From NCBI GenBank assembly GCA_002104945.1, contig MCFH01000056.1:1-64000 (forward strand): DNA of 64,000 nt. The letters run 5' to 3'. This DNA comes from Piromyces finnis finn (Eukaryota > Fungi > Neocallimastigomycota). The position numbers were made by a program, and so were the translations under genes. This document shows, piece by piece, positions 50,500 through 62,599 of the stretch (positions are counted from its first letter, which is position 1; every line of letters starts with the position of its first letter). Below the pieces are notes generated by a model. The model did no database searches, was not told the origin of the DNA, and worked only from the letters and a program-made list of their open reading frames with translations.

Positions 50500-51040
50500 T
50501 CCTTTCGTAATTAGTTGTAAAAAGTATATGGAATATCAGTCACATTCATTTTATAGCAAATCTGACATTTATTAGAAATTAGATGGAATGATGTTAGTAT
50601 AAAATAAAATACAGAAATACATTTATCATTAATATCTCAATGTATGTTTAATGAAAAATTAATAAATAAATACGATACTGACTATTATTATCCTGAATCA
50701 TCAGGAGAAGACATTGACATTTTCACAGATTGGCTTTTTCATAGAAGAAACAAATTTCGATTTTTCAAATATAGAAAACCGTATTGTAAAAACTGCAGTA
50801 AATGTCACAAACGGCGATAAAACAATACCAAAATCTTCAAAATATTGTTTTTCTTCATTAAATCAAAATAATCATGGAATAGGAGTTGCTAGTTTATCCA
50901 ATATATATGGAATTTTAATTAAAATTGGTGACGTTAATATTATTGAATCTCTTAGATACATTTTATCTATTTGTAGAAATGATAAAGGTATAATTATCAT
51001 GACTTTTGGAGGTGACTACGAATTATGGAAAACAAAGTAA
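50500..51040 (+). pseudogene. Subtilisin-like (S8) protease fragment
   Basis: DTDYYYPESSGEDIDIF, then a frameshift, then FIEETNFDFSNIENRIVKTAVNVT...NNHGIGVAS. Paralogous to 33760-33990. Confidence 0.75.
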
Positions 51041-52750
51041 ATCTTGAATATATTGAAGGATTTAATGGAAAACTGTAACAAGAACTAGTGATAACCACTA
51101 GGTTGTTGTAGGAATTAATAATAAATAAAATAAATAAATAAATAAAAACACAGAATTATAAATATTATAATAGTATTCACGATATGTAAAAAATTATCTT
51201 TTAGAAACAATATATCTTTTATATATCATTATTTATAATTATTTTATTTTATCATAATATTTTTTTTATAAATTAAATTAAAACTTTTATTTGTTTTGTT
51301 TATTTGTTGTTTTATTTTTTAGATTAAAAAATAAAAGATATTTTTTGTTTCATTTTATAGGCTTTTTTTATGCAACATACATTTATTATAATATATTGTA
51401 ATATATAGGTAATTTAATAAAAATTTATTGTGGATTATAAAATAAAGTTTTTTAACTCAGAATTTTTTTAATTACATTATCGATTATTTAAAATACGTTA
51501 TGTATTTTATTAATTATATAAGCCACAAATAAATATATATTTGTAAATAAAATTAACTTATGTAGCTTTTTTTCGAATAACTTTAAATAATTTTGTTAAG
51601 AGTCAATGAGGGTTAGTGTGACTTTTTGTTTTTAATTTCCTAGTTCATTTCTCCCATCAATCAGAATAAGCTCCAATGGTGGTTCTTAGAGAAACGTTGG
51701 CTCTTCCCTATTGCTAGATGGTTGTGACCCTTCTGGTCTGTCATACCGAATCTTCAGCTTCCACGCTCACTTAATCCATGTACATTAGATGCATGTCGTT
51801 GTACGATATTTCCAACTATAATACTAAGCCTCATATAGTCAATTTTGATCACGTGACAAACGCCCTGATATAAGTTTCTTTTATGTTGTAGTAATTTAAT
51901 ATTAGTTTATTTATAATTTATTATATTAGGTGAAAAATATTTTATTACTATTAACTTCTCTCTTATTAATAATTTCACTTATAATATTTTTTTATTAATT
52001 ATTAAAGCTCTTCTCTCTAATTATTAATTATTTTTACATGAATATTTTTATATTATAAAATTCCTATAATATAATTGAATATCAATTATATAATGTAATG
52101 TATTCATAATATATGAATAATAATTAAATAGGATATAGTATAATATATTTTACATTTTATATGAAATATTACTATATAAGGAAAGGTAATATAATACAAA
52201 TAAGTATTACAATAAAATTAATACTAATATATAATATTAATATTTAAGAATATAATGAAATATGTACATGAATTCTATAACTAATATATAAATAATGTAT
52301 TATAATATATATCAATTATTATATTATTATTATGAAATATTATATATAAATTTCTAAAGATGAAATTGAATATTTTAAATAATAAAAATTATTTTAAATA
52401 TTGGCTAATATGTAGCTAGACATATTAATTTCATATCAGAAACTTCCCTGCTAGAATTGAGCTATAATTATTAATTATTTGATATAATTAAAATAATTAT
52501 ATGCGAAATAATTTAATAAAATTTATATTGAAATATTTTTATAATTATATAAAAAAAATTAAAAATTTTTTTTTTTTGTTTTGTTTTGTTTATATATATA
52601 TGTATATATCTTTCTATTATTATTAATAATTAATATAATTATTAATCTACTAAGTTATCAATCTTCCTCTTACTTATTATTATAATTATATACTTATATA
52701 GTTAGTATATATATATTTTAATACATTTATAATTTTATTTCATTTTATTT

Positions 52751-55700
52751 CTACTCCCTGAATGGTAATATATTTTTAAAATGGACATTTCTTTCTAAAT
52801 ATTGTCCCGTCAGTTCATCTTGTAATTTAGCTGTGTTCCAAGATATTTCTCTAATAATAAAAGGACCAATAAAATAGGGTTCTAACTTGTTTCTTTGTTG
52901 GTTCCTAATCTTTACCTTATCCCCTATTTTGTAGTTATTTTTATTGTTCATACTTTGTTGAGCTAATCTTCTACTTTTCCAATAATTTATCGTCCCTAGC
53001 ATTTTACTGGCAGCTTGTTTTACCCATTTGGCGTGGTCTAGAAATCTTTCCATTAATAATTCTTCTATTGATCTTTCTTCTATACTTAATATTGAATTTC
53101 TTATATTTATATCAATTGGAATATTTTCTGATCTTCCATACAAGAGTTCAAAACTTGAATAACCAGTAGAAACAGATTTACAAGTTCGAATAGCCCATAA
53201 TGCAATTGGTAACAATACATCCCAGTTTTCATTGTTATCAGAGAAATTTCTTAATTGCTTACCAATTTCTCTGTTTCTGTTTTCCACCAGTCCATTAGAT
53301 TCCGGATGGTATGTACTAATGAAATGAATGTATACATCATAAAGATCTACAAATATTTTTGTGTACTCTGAAACAAATTGTACACCATTATCTGTTATTA
53401 TTAATTGTGGAGTTCCATGCCTACTAAATACTTCAACTAAGAAATTAGTTACGTCTTGAGAAATAGTAGTTCTAACTGGTTTTGCTTCCACCCATTTTGT
53501 AAAGTAATCCACACATACCATTATATATTTATTCCCAAGTGTGGTTTCTCTTAATGGACCTATAATATCAAGACCAAGTCTAACAAAGGGTGCTTCTACA
53601 GGAGTTCTAAACTTTTCTGTCGGCTTTGGTAATGGCTCAGATTTATTTAACTGACATATTTTACATAAGGAGACATATTTTTTTACATCAATGATTAAAT
53701 TTTTCCAATAAAATTTGTTTTTGATTCTTTCATAAGTTTTCTGTACTCCTTCATGTCCAATTCTATGCTCTTTTGCAATTATTTTAATTTTAGTGTAAGG
53801 GTCATCAATAATCTCCCTAAAATTATTATTATCCTTGAAATATAATTTATTGTCAATAGTGACAATTTTATCATTTAAAAATTTTTTCATAAAATCGGAA
53901 ACAAATTTTTCGTTCTCCTCCTCGGTAAAATTGGAACTATTGGTTTTGTTGGAAATATCGATATTTTTGATATTATTATTATTATTATTATCATTATTAT
54001 TATTATTATTATTAATTTCCAAATTATCCAAATTATTAGCAATAAACTTATTAATGTTACTATTATTCTCATCTTTATTATTATTGTCATTACCATCAGA
54101 AATAGTAGTGTTAACAATTAAATTCTCTTTCAAAGTTATTCTGGATAAAGCATCAGCAATTTTATTAGCTTTTCCTGGTTGATAAATAATATTAACTTTT
54201 AATTGACTAAATTTATCACACCAGCGTTGATGTTTCTTTGTATTCGGTTCTCCTTTCTTAATGATGGGAACTAAAGGTTCATGATCAGTATAAAGAATGG
54301 TTTGAAATGGATTCCCTAGAATATATGGTTCAAATTGTAAAAGACAATAATAAGCAGCAGTACCTTCTAATTCAGTAGTGGTATAATTTTCTTCCGTTTT
54401 CTTAATACTTCTACTAACAAAATAAACTGGGTGTTCAATATTGTCATCATATAACTGTAGTAAAACACCACCAATTCCATATCCACAAGCATCAGATCTA
54501 ATTATAAAAGGAACATCAAATTTAGGAAAACAAAGAGTTGGTGCATTAACTAGGCAATATATCAGATTTCTGAAACTTTGTTCTTGAATTTCTGTCCATT
54601 CATATTTAATTTTTTTCTTTAATAGTTTGCAAAGAGGAGCTGCAATAGCAGAATAATTTTCAATAAAATTTCTGTAATAACTAGTCATACCTAAAAATGA
54701 ACGTAGTTCAGAAATATCTCGTGGTGGGTTCATTTCTTTAATAGATGCGACTTTCTTTTCCAAAGGAAGTAAGCCATCAATAGTAACCCGATGACCTAAA
54801 GCCTCTATTTCAAGTTGACAAAAAGAACATTTCTCAATATTTAACTTTAATTTGTTATTACGTAAAATAGTAAAAACTTTTCTTAAGTCATTAATATGAT
54901 CTTCAAAACTGGGAGAATAAATAATAATATCATCTAAATATATTTGAACACATTCATTAATTAAATCGAAAAAGATACGATTCATTTCACGCTGAAAAGT
55001 GGCAGGAGCATTAGTTAATCCAAAAGGCATAACTTTAAAATAATAGTTACCAAATTTAGTGGTAAAAGAAGTTTTATCCATATCTTCTTTGAACATAGGA
55101 ATTTGATGATATCCACTAAATAAATCGATTGTTGAAAAGATTTTTGAGTCTTTAAGTGAGTCAAAAATTTCTTTGATTTTAGGTAGGGCGTATGCATCTT
55201 TAACAGTTACATTATTTAATTTTCTAAAATCAATGCAAAGGCGCCATTTTCCATTTTTCTTCTTAACCATAACCACTGGAGAAGCCCACGGAGAATGAGA
55301 CGGTTCAATTAGACCTTTATTAATTAGTTTTTCTAATTCTTCTTTTAAACCTGATAATTGAACTTGTGAAATATTATAAGCTTTTTGTTTAATAGGGCGC
55401 ACATTATCCTCCAAAATAATGTGGTGTGGTAACAAATTTGATGGTTCCAAATCATCAGAAGATACAGCAATAACATCATTAAAATTTTTAAGAAGAGAAC
55501 TAAATAAATTTTTATCAACATCGTTATCAACTTTGATATTAGAAATTATATTATTAATAATATCCATTTTATTATTATTATTATTTTCTATTTTGTTAGG
55601 TCTATTTTCTTCAACTACAGCTAAAATAGTACTAGCGGTTATATCTTCATAATCAAAATAAATATCTTCTACATCATTGGAATAGCAAGAAAGAGCTTGG

Positions 55701-57172
55701 GATTGAAATATAGAAATATCTTCAACATCAACAATAGGAATAAATTTATTATCAGAAGATTTCAAAATTAATGTTTTATCAACTGTATCAATCATAATGC
55801 GATTTTCATTTTGTGTTTTAAATCCAATAATAGCATCATAAAATGAATCGTTTTTATCTGATATTCTAAATATAGAATCAAATTCAATTTTGCCTATTTT
55901 TACATGAAGTTTCACTAGATCATATACTCTAGCAACATCATCAACCATTGCTTGTCTTATTCTTCCTCTAATTTGTCCTACAATTTCAAAATCTTTAATT
56001 TTATTATCTAAAAAGGAGCGCGTAATTAAATTTGTATTACTACATGCATCAATAAATATAGCTGCTGAATGGGAATTGATTGTACCATGAACAACTGCAA
56101 CATCATGATCGTTTACTTTGGTTCTTCCATCGATATTAATGAAATTATTATTTAATTTATACAAATTATTATTATTTTCATCAACTTCAGTGGTACTAAT
56201 AGTAATATTATCCAACTTTAAATTCTTTAATCCCTTAATTAATTCAGCTTTGGACGTTTTACTAACACCTAAAAGTTGTCCAAAAGTAATATTAGCTGGA
56301 GTATTTAATAAATCGGTACATATATTATATTCTTCTGAATCTTTTAGCATTTGGATTGAAGTTTTTGTTTTTATACTATTAGAATTATCACTAGGTAATA
56401 TATTTTCCAAAGTGGATTCTTCATTTATACGCGTGTTTTTACGCGTTTTCTTTACCTTATTAGCTTCTTTCATATCTATATCGGTATTTAAACTAGTAGT
56501 CTTATTTTTCTTTGATTTATCTTCATTTTCTAATTTAAAATTTACTTTCTTGGTTTTATTATTCTTATCAATTGAATTATCATTAATATTATTATTCAAT
56601 TTTATATTATTATTTATATCTTTTTCATTATTATTATTATCCGAAGTGTTATCTTTAATATTGCTATAATTATTTTTATTATTGATATTGATATTGTTAT
56701 TAATATTATTATTATCATTATTATTTAAATTATTATTGTTAAAATTATTACTAGAATTATTAGTATTATTATTGGTATTAAAATAATTATTACTAATATT
56801 ATTGTTAAAATTATTTTCATTTGTAATATTGCTATTCATATTATTAAAATTGTTATTATTCATATTATTAATGTTATTATTAGTGTTAATATTAGTATTA
56901 ATATTTTTAAAATTATTCTTTTCTCTTTCTGTATTAGGAATTCTGGAATATGGATTTTTAGCTTTTAATTTCTCATCTCGATGTCTTTTAGCTGCAGCAA
57001 CAATAGCTTCATAATTAGGTGAATAAGTAGTTGCTGTAACATCGGGATTCATTGTATTATTATTATTATTATAGTAATAGTTATTATTAGTGTTGGCAGT
57101 TTGATTAACGGAAGTTTGCCCTCTTCCATAACCTAGTTTTTTGTATAATATGTAGAGTTCATGTGTGGGCAA
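52751..57172 (-). CDS. Pol (Asn-rich leader, PR, RT, RNase H, integrase), expressed by a probable -1 frameshift
   Basis: IDACS protease; YLDDII; RSDAC/TDH RNase H; HRIGH...CKIC; LDIIGP/TDNG/LVENRN; GPF. No chromodomain. The listed ATG is unlikely to be the real start. Confidence 0.95.
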   Translation of the reverse strand: MPTHELYILYKKLGYGRGQTSVNQTANTNNNYYYNNNNNTMNPDVTATTYSPNYEAIVAAAKRHRDEKLKAKNPYSRIPNTEREKNNFKNINTNINTNNNINNMNNNNFNNMNSNITNENNFNNNISNNYFNTNNNTNNSSNNFNNNNLNNNDNNNINNNININNKNNYSNIKDNTSDNNNNEKDINNNIKLNNNINDNSIDKNNKTKKVNFKLENEDKSKKNKTTSLNTDIDMKEANKVKKTRKNTRINEESTLENILPSDNSNSIKTKTSIQMLKDSEEYNICTDLLNTPANITFGQLLGVSKTSKAELIKGLKNLKLDNITISTTEVDENNNNLYKLNNNFINIDGRTKVNDHDVAVVHGTINSHSAAIFIDACSNTNLITRSFLDNKIKDFEIVGQIRGRIRQAMVDDVARVYDLVKLHVKIGKIEFDSIFRISDKNDSFYDAIIGFKTQNENRIMIDTVDKTLILKSSDNKFIPIVDVEDISIFQSQALSCYSNDVEDIYFDYEDITASTILAVVEENRPNKIENNNNNKMDIINNIISNIKVDNDVDKNLFSSLLKNFNDVIAVSSDDLEPSNLLPHHIILEDNVRPIKQKAYNISQVQLSGLKEELEKLINKGLIEPSHSPWASPVVMVKKKNGKWRLCIDFRKLNNVTVKDAYALPKIKEIFDSLKDSKIFSTIDLFSGYHQIPMFKEDMDKTSFTTKFGNYYFKVMPFGLTNAPATFQREMNRIFFDLINECVQIYLDDIIIYSPSFEDHINDLRKVFTILRNNKLKLNIEKCSFCQLEIEALGHRVTIDGLLPLEKKVASIKEMNPPRDISELRSFLGMTSYYRNFIENYSAIAAPLCKLLKKKIKYEWTEIQEQSFRNLIYCLVNAPTLCFPKFDVPFIIRSDACGYGIGGVLLQLYDDNIEHPVYFVSRSIKKTEENYTTTELEGTAAYYCLLQFEPYILGNPFQTILYTDHEPLVPIIKKGEPNTKKHQRWCDKFSQLKVNIIYQPGKANKIADALSRITLKENLIVNTTISDGNDNNNKDENNSNINKFIANNLDNLEINNNNNNNDNNNNNNIKNIDISNKTNSSNFTEEENEKFVSDFMKKFLNDKIVTIDNKLYFKDNNNFREIIDDPYTKIKIIAKEHRIGHEGVQKTYERIKNKFYWKNLIIDVKKYVSLCKICQLNKSEPLPKPTEKFRTPVEAPFVRLGLDIIGPLRETTLGNKYIMVCVDYFTKWVEAKPVRTTISQDVTNFLVEVFSRHGTPQLIITDNGVQFVSEYTKIFVDLYDVYIHFISTYHPESNGLVENRNREIGKQLRNFSDNNENWDVLLPIALWAIRTCKSVSTGYSSFELLYGRSENIPIDINIRNSILSIEERSIEELLMERFLDHAKWVKQAASKMLGTINYWKSRRLAQQSMNNKNNYKIGDKVKIRNQQRNKLEPYFIGPFIIREISWNTAKLQDELTGQYLERNVHFKNILPFRE
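57085..57142 (-). promoter_or_regulatory. -1 ribosomal frameshift signal
   Basis: A_AAA_AAC (57142-57136) directly before the gag TAG, followed by a GGAAG-AGGGCAAA-CTTCC hairpin. Confidence 0.75.
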
Positions 57173-58062
57173 AATCTGGCAATATGACCTGGTTCATGGC
57201 AGAAATAACAGGTCTTTATGTGTAAGTTCTGCATTCCGTTAATCAAATCATTCATTTCATCATTTTGATTATTAATGCTAGTAGTTAATCTTGTATTATT
57301 ATTAGAATTTGATATATTAGAATATTGTGTACTAGCACCATTATTCATACTATTATAGCTTTTACTATAATTAACATTATTACCATTATTATTACTATTA
57401 TTATTAACATTATTATTTACTTTAATATTATGTGGAGGATTGTAATTATTGTAATTATTCGAATATCTAGGCCTACTATAAGTATAATTCGAATTATTAT
57501 AATTGTTATTATTAGTACGACGGTAGTTCATAGACGAAGTACTAGCTCTAAGATTTGGACCATTATGAATTTCATAATATCTTTCAGCAATCCCCATAGC
57601 ATCTTCAATTGATTTTGGATCTGCGAATGCAACCTTTTCATAAACATCATCTTGTGCAACTAGAGCGAATTCATAGTCATACACAGAAATCTTGTCTTTG
57701 AATTCATCTGGCAGATCATCATAAAGCTTTATAAACTTTTTATCGAATTCTAATACATTTTCATTAACTTCAATTTTTAACATTTTTAATTTCCTAAATT
57801 TGGCAGCTTTATCATTGTTTGAATGATATTTCTTCATAAGTATTACTTTACATTCATTAAGAGATAAGTCTCTATTTACTTTTCTCCTATGTTCCAGAAT
57901 CGCTTTGGTAGCTTCTTCACGCGTACTAGCCAAAATATAACGGTAGATATCTTCATTAGCTACCTTTTCTATAGCTAACCAATTTTCTAAAAGATCCACC
58001 CAGGTATCTACATCTTGGTTAGTTCCTCCAATTGTTGGAAGTGGAATTTTAAATTCACCCAT
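57133..58062 (-). CDS. Gag, 309 aa
   Basis: C-terminal CYFCHEPGHIARFC zinc knuckle; correct position after the PBS and 5' UTR. Confidence 0.93.
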   Translation of the reverse strand: MGEFKIPLPTIGGTNQDVDTWVDLLENWLAIEKVANEDIYRYILASTREEATKAILEHRRKVNRDLSLNECKVILMKKYHSNNDKAAKFRKLKMLKIEVNENVLEFDKKFIKLYDDLPDEFKDKISVYDYEFALVAQDDVYEKVAFADPKSIEDAMGIAERYYEIHNGPNLRASTSSMNYRRTNNNNYNNSNYTYSRPRYSNNYNNYNPPHNIKVNNNVNNNSNNNGNNVNYSKSYNSMNNGASTQYSNISNSNNNTRLTTSINNQNDEMNDLINGMQNLHIKTCYFCHEPGHIARFCPHMNSTYYTKN

Positions 58063-58880
58063 TATTGAATTGAAAATAGAATAAATAATTAAATGGTATT
58101 ATTATATGAAATAAAAAAAAAAAAATAAAATAAAAATAAATGTAATTCTTAATTATAAGATTAAAATAATGTAAATAATACAATATTTTAATTCTCTTTA
58201 AATAAAATAAAATAAAATAAAATAATTAAAATAGTTAGAATTAAAATAAGTAAGAAGATATAATATTTTAATTCACTTAGATAATGATAATTATAAAATA
58301 ATTAGAATTAAAATAAGTAAGAGAATACAATATTTTAATTCACTTAAAATAATATGAAAATTTCTTTAAAATAAAACTCACTATAACTAATATAGTTGGT
58401 AGTAAGCTTAATCAGATATTATAAAATAAGTAAAAATATTATAAAATATGTAATAATAATTCTTAAATATAAAATTCTTTATATATAATATAATGTTATA
58501 TAGTAATATAACATAAAACTTTTCAAACTATTGAATAAAAATAAAATAAATAATCTACCAACTAATAAACATATATGAATAAAAGATTAATCGTTTTTAT
58601 TCTGGTCCGATTTCCCCAGTTTCTCTTATTCAATTATATAAAAATAATAAAATTGTATTAATAATAATATTCTTGTGGATATTAGAATATAACTTGACTA
58701 AAGTAAATACTCTAAATTTCACAAAATACAAAGGTAAAATAAAGAAAATAAAAATAACAATTAATTCAATTCAATAATATCGCGTTTATTTTCCACTTAA
58801 TAATAAAACACTCAAACTAAATAATTAAATTCACCTATATTATAGATTTAATTAACTAATATTAATATCTTTTATTCTAC

Positions 58881-58899
58881 AACCTCACACTTCGCACCA
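58881..58899 (-). promoter_or_regulatory. tRNA primer-binding site TGGTGCGAAGTGTGAGGTT (elongator tRNA-Met-like)
   Basis: 3 nt from the LTR. The complement ends in CCA and has a CUCAC T-stem. tRNA identity is inferred. Confidence 0.8.
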
Positions 58900-60500
58900 A
58901 TTTGATATAAGTTTCTTTTATGTTGTAGTAATTTAATATTAGTTTATTTATAATTTATTATATTAGGTGAAAAATATTTTATTACTATTAACTTCTCTCT
59001 TATTAATAATTTCACTTATAATATTTTCTTATTAATTATTAAAGCTCTTCTCTCTAATTATTAATTATTTTTACATGAATATTTTTATATTATAAAATTC
59101 CTATAATATAATTGAATATCAATTATATAATGTAATGTATTCATAATATATGAATAATAATTAAATAGGATATAGTATAATATATTTTACATTTTATATG
59201 AAATATTACTATATAAGGAAAGGTAATATAATACAAATAAGTATTACAATAAAATTAATACTAATATATAATATTAATATTTAAGAATATAATGAAATAT
59301 GTACATGAATTCTATAACTAATATATAAATAATGTATTATAATATATATCAATTATTATATTATTATTATGAAATATTATATATAAATTTCTAAAGATGA
59401 AATTGAATATTTTAAATAATAAAAATTATTTTAAATATTGGCTAATATGTAGCTAGACATATTAATTTCATATCAGCCCCCTAATGTTTACACTTAAATA
59501 GATTAAAGAATGTTGGTTGTGTATTTGGTATAGCCTAAGTCACCAATTATAAGGTTCTAATTTGCAATGTAATATGTATATTTTGACCCTCTCAGGTCGG
59601 TTAGATGAGTGCTAATATCATAGTAGTAAATTAGAAAGTTCATTAATACTTATGAATATCATAACCAAACCCATAGCAAAATTCAATGGGGGAAATCTAC
59701 GAACACTGACATCTGCGTGATCAAACCAGAAGCCTTATGTATACTAAGGAAATGCCTTAAAAATAAGGATAAAAACTTGGACGACATTTAAACTATGTAA
59801 ATTTTAAATGATTTATCAAATATTAAAACTCTATATATTTCTTTGTTTAAAATATATGCATTTATTAATAATATTATTGAAATAGAGCTAATAAAACATC
59901 TTTTATTCATTTAAAATAATTTATTTTAATTATTTTTATTAACATTATTTAATTTTATATTTTAATTATTTTTATTAGCATTATAACTTTAAAATTGTTA
60001 TGATAATTTTAGGATTTGTAATATGTTTTATAAGTATTGATATTTAAAAATTATAAAGGTTTATTATTTATAATATAATATTTAATTAAAATGTATCATA
60101 TCATATATATTAGATATATATTATTAACCATATAATATACATAAATTTAATAATTAATCTTTAAAATAATAATACACCAATGGAATAGACACCATTAGAA
60201 TTAACTAAACTTTTTTGAGAATTTGCTATAGTTTTAAAAAATAATCTTTTCTAAGTATCACAAAAATTTATTTTTAAATTAACTAACTTTAATATAATTT
60301 TTATTATTTTTAATATTTTCCATTATTACATAATTTTTCATATTTTTTGTATTGATATTTTTGCATTAATACATTATACTTCGTTCATTATATTAGTAAA
60401 TTAATGTATAATTTTAAATTCTAAAAATATATTAGAAAAACAATTAACGTATTATATAATTTTGAACATTCATATTGACACATTTTTATTTATCTATTTC

Positions 60501-61217
60501 TGTAAAAGTTTTATAAAAAATTAAAACAGATTATAAAATTTTTACAATAAAACAAAAACACAAAATAAATAAAAAGAAACAAGAAAACAAAATATAATTA
60601 AAATATCTCTTTTATTAAATTTATTTAGTTATTAACTAAATAATAGTCAATAACAATTACATTGTTTTAATCAAGAAATTTTACATGTATTTATATTTTT
60701 TGTAAATTATTTTAATATAATATTCTATTTAATTATACATATAAAATAAACAAAACTAATGTAATACTAATTTAATTAAGTAATAAAATAATAAAACTGA
60801 ACTAAAACTAATTAAATACACTTTTGATTCAATTTGAGTAAACTGCAAGTCGAATACGGACCATGTATTACCTATATTAATTAAATATTAACAATACTAT
60901 TTATTATATATTTGCTATTAAAAAAAATGCTAATTTAAAACTACGCTAAAGTTATTAAACTAATTTTAATTAAATAAAAACTTTTTAAGATTTAATTTGA
61001 ATATTTTGAATATTTAAATTTAATTATCCATTAATTTAAATATTTATCCAAATTTCATTTCTAACTTTGATATTTTAAAATTAATCTTTATTTAATTATT
61101 CTATAAAATTTATATAATAAATTTTATAAATAATTTTTCATTAAAATATCAAAATTATTATTCAATAATTATTAATTAATTATTAAATAATTTAAAGATA
61201 TACTTTATATATTTACA
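60501..61217. mobile_element. Diverged family I-like solo LTR (reverse orientation)
   Basis: TGTAAAAG...ATTTACA with TSD ATTTC. Patchy identity to 20034-20750. Confidence 0.8.
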
Positions 61218-61560
61218 ATTTCATATATCTAACTTACAAAAAAATAAACATGTATTAAAAGTGTTGTAAACTGTAATATTATCAATACTTTACATTACAT
61301 TAATAAAAAATTTTTTATAATTAACTTTAATTAATAATAAATAATGCAATAATTTTCGTAGAAGAATCTTAATTATTAATAAATTAGTTATTAGTAATAA
61401 ATAGAAAAATTTAGAAGAAATAAATAGTTTAGTTTAGTAAAAGAATTATAACACCTTCTCGAAGTAATATTAATTTTATAATTTTAATTATTAATTATTT
61501 TTATTTAATTAGTAATTATTAGTAATTATTATTAATAAAAAATTAGAATAATTGTAAAGC

Positions 61561-61618
61561 CTCAATTGAAGCTTTAGTATAAAGAGTTAAGGAAAAAATT
61601 AGTTAAGCTTCAATTGAG
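61561..61618. repeat. 14-bp perfect inverted repeat with 30-nt spacer
   Basis: CTCAATTGAAGCTT (61561-61574) and AAGCTTCAATTGAG (61605-61618). Confidence 0.85.
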
Positions 61619-62568
61619 AATTATTTTCAATTTCAATTTCAATTCCTATTTTAAAAACCTTTTTATTACTTTGATTTATCAAAGAGTTCACTTTTAAATG
61701 TTAATAAAGAATCAAATAAAATTTTAAACATTATTAATAAAAGAATCTTAAATAAATTTTTAAAATTTTTATTATTGTCTTTCCAAAATTTTTATCAAAC
61801 CTTATTTAATAATAAAATAATTCAACCTATTCGTGAAACTCCTAATAAATATACGTGTTTTGGAGATCAGTTTAAATTTTTACACTTTAAAATTTTAAAT
61901 TTAAATTTTTAAATCTAAATATTAAAATTCAAAAAAAAAAATATTTTAAATTCTTTAAAAAAAGTAATTTAAATTTGTAATTCGAAAATAAATAATGAAA
62001 TTTTAATTTAAAATTTAAATTACTTCATCTTTATAGGTATTATTAATAGCAGGTAATACAAATAGTAGTCTATATAAATTACTTTGTAAAAAAAACTAAA
62101 TATATAAATTTTATTATCAAATATTATTTTTCTTTTGTTATTAGATGATAATGGAAAATAGTAAGAACAAGCGAAAAAAAAAAAAAAAAAAAAAAAAACA
62201 GTTTATTGCCGAAATGACAGTTAATATAGAGTTAAGGTTTTTTATGGTTTATAATATTTATATTGTTTTTTTAACTTTGAAAAAAGTATTAATGATTTTA
62301 ATCATAAAATCAAGCTTTTCTTTTTTTTTTATTAATAATATGATATAGATAAATTAAAATGTACGATAAACTTTTAAAGGGTAGGAGGTTAGGGGTTAAT
62401 AATATGTTTTATTTATATTATTATTACTCAAAAATTTCTCATGGTTTAAATAATAAATTAGTTTATTTTTACGAAAATGTTATTGATTATAAAGATTATG
62501 CAGTTTCAAATCAACTTTTTTTAACCAGTAGAATAAATATTTTAGACAAAAATAAAACAATAAGTAAA

Positions 62569-62599
62569 TGTAAAGATATCAAACGCCTCAGCATGATAT
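62569..62599. repeat. Terminal 31 bp of a family G LTR, interrupted by element M
   Basis: TGTAAAGATATCAAACGCCTCA. Confidence 0.75.

Larger units (their letters stand above)
51866..59475 (-). mobile_element. Intact non-chromo Ty3/Gypsy element, family E
   Basis: 573-bp LTRs at 51866-52438 and 58903-59475, with one visible mismatch. 4-bp TSD GCCC, tRNA-type PBS, intact gag and pol. Confidence 0.97.

Noticed and set aside
51600-51865. Group I intron or rRNA/snRNA fragment
   Set aside because: Only a weak ATATAGTC resemblance; no coherent set of core elements could be identified by eye.
53835-57612. Plus-strand Leu/Ile-rich ORFs
   Set aside because: Antisense translations of AAT-rich tracts in E gag-pol.
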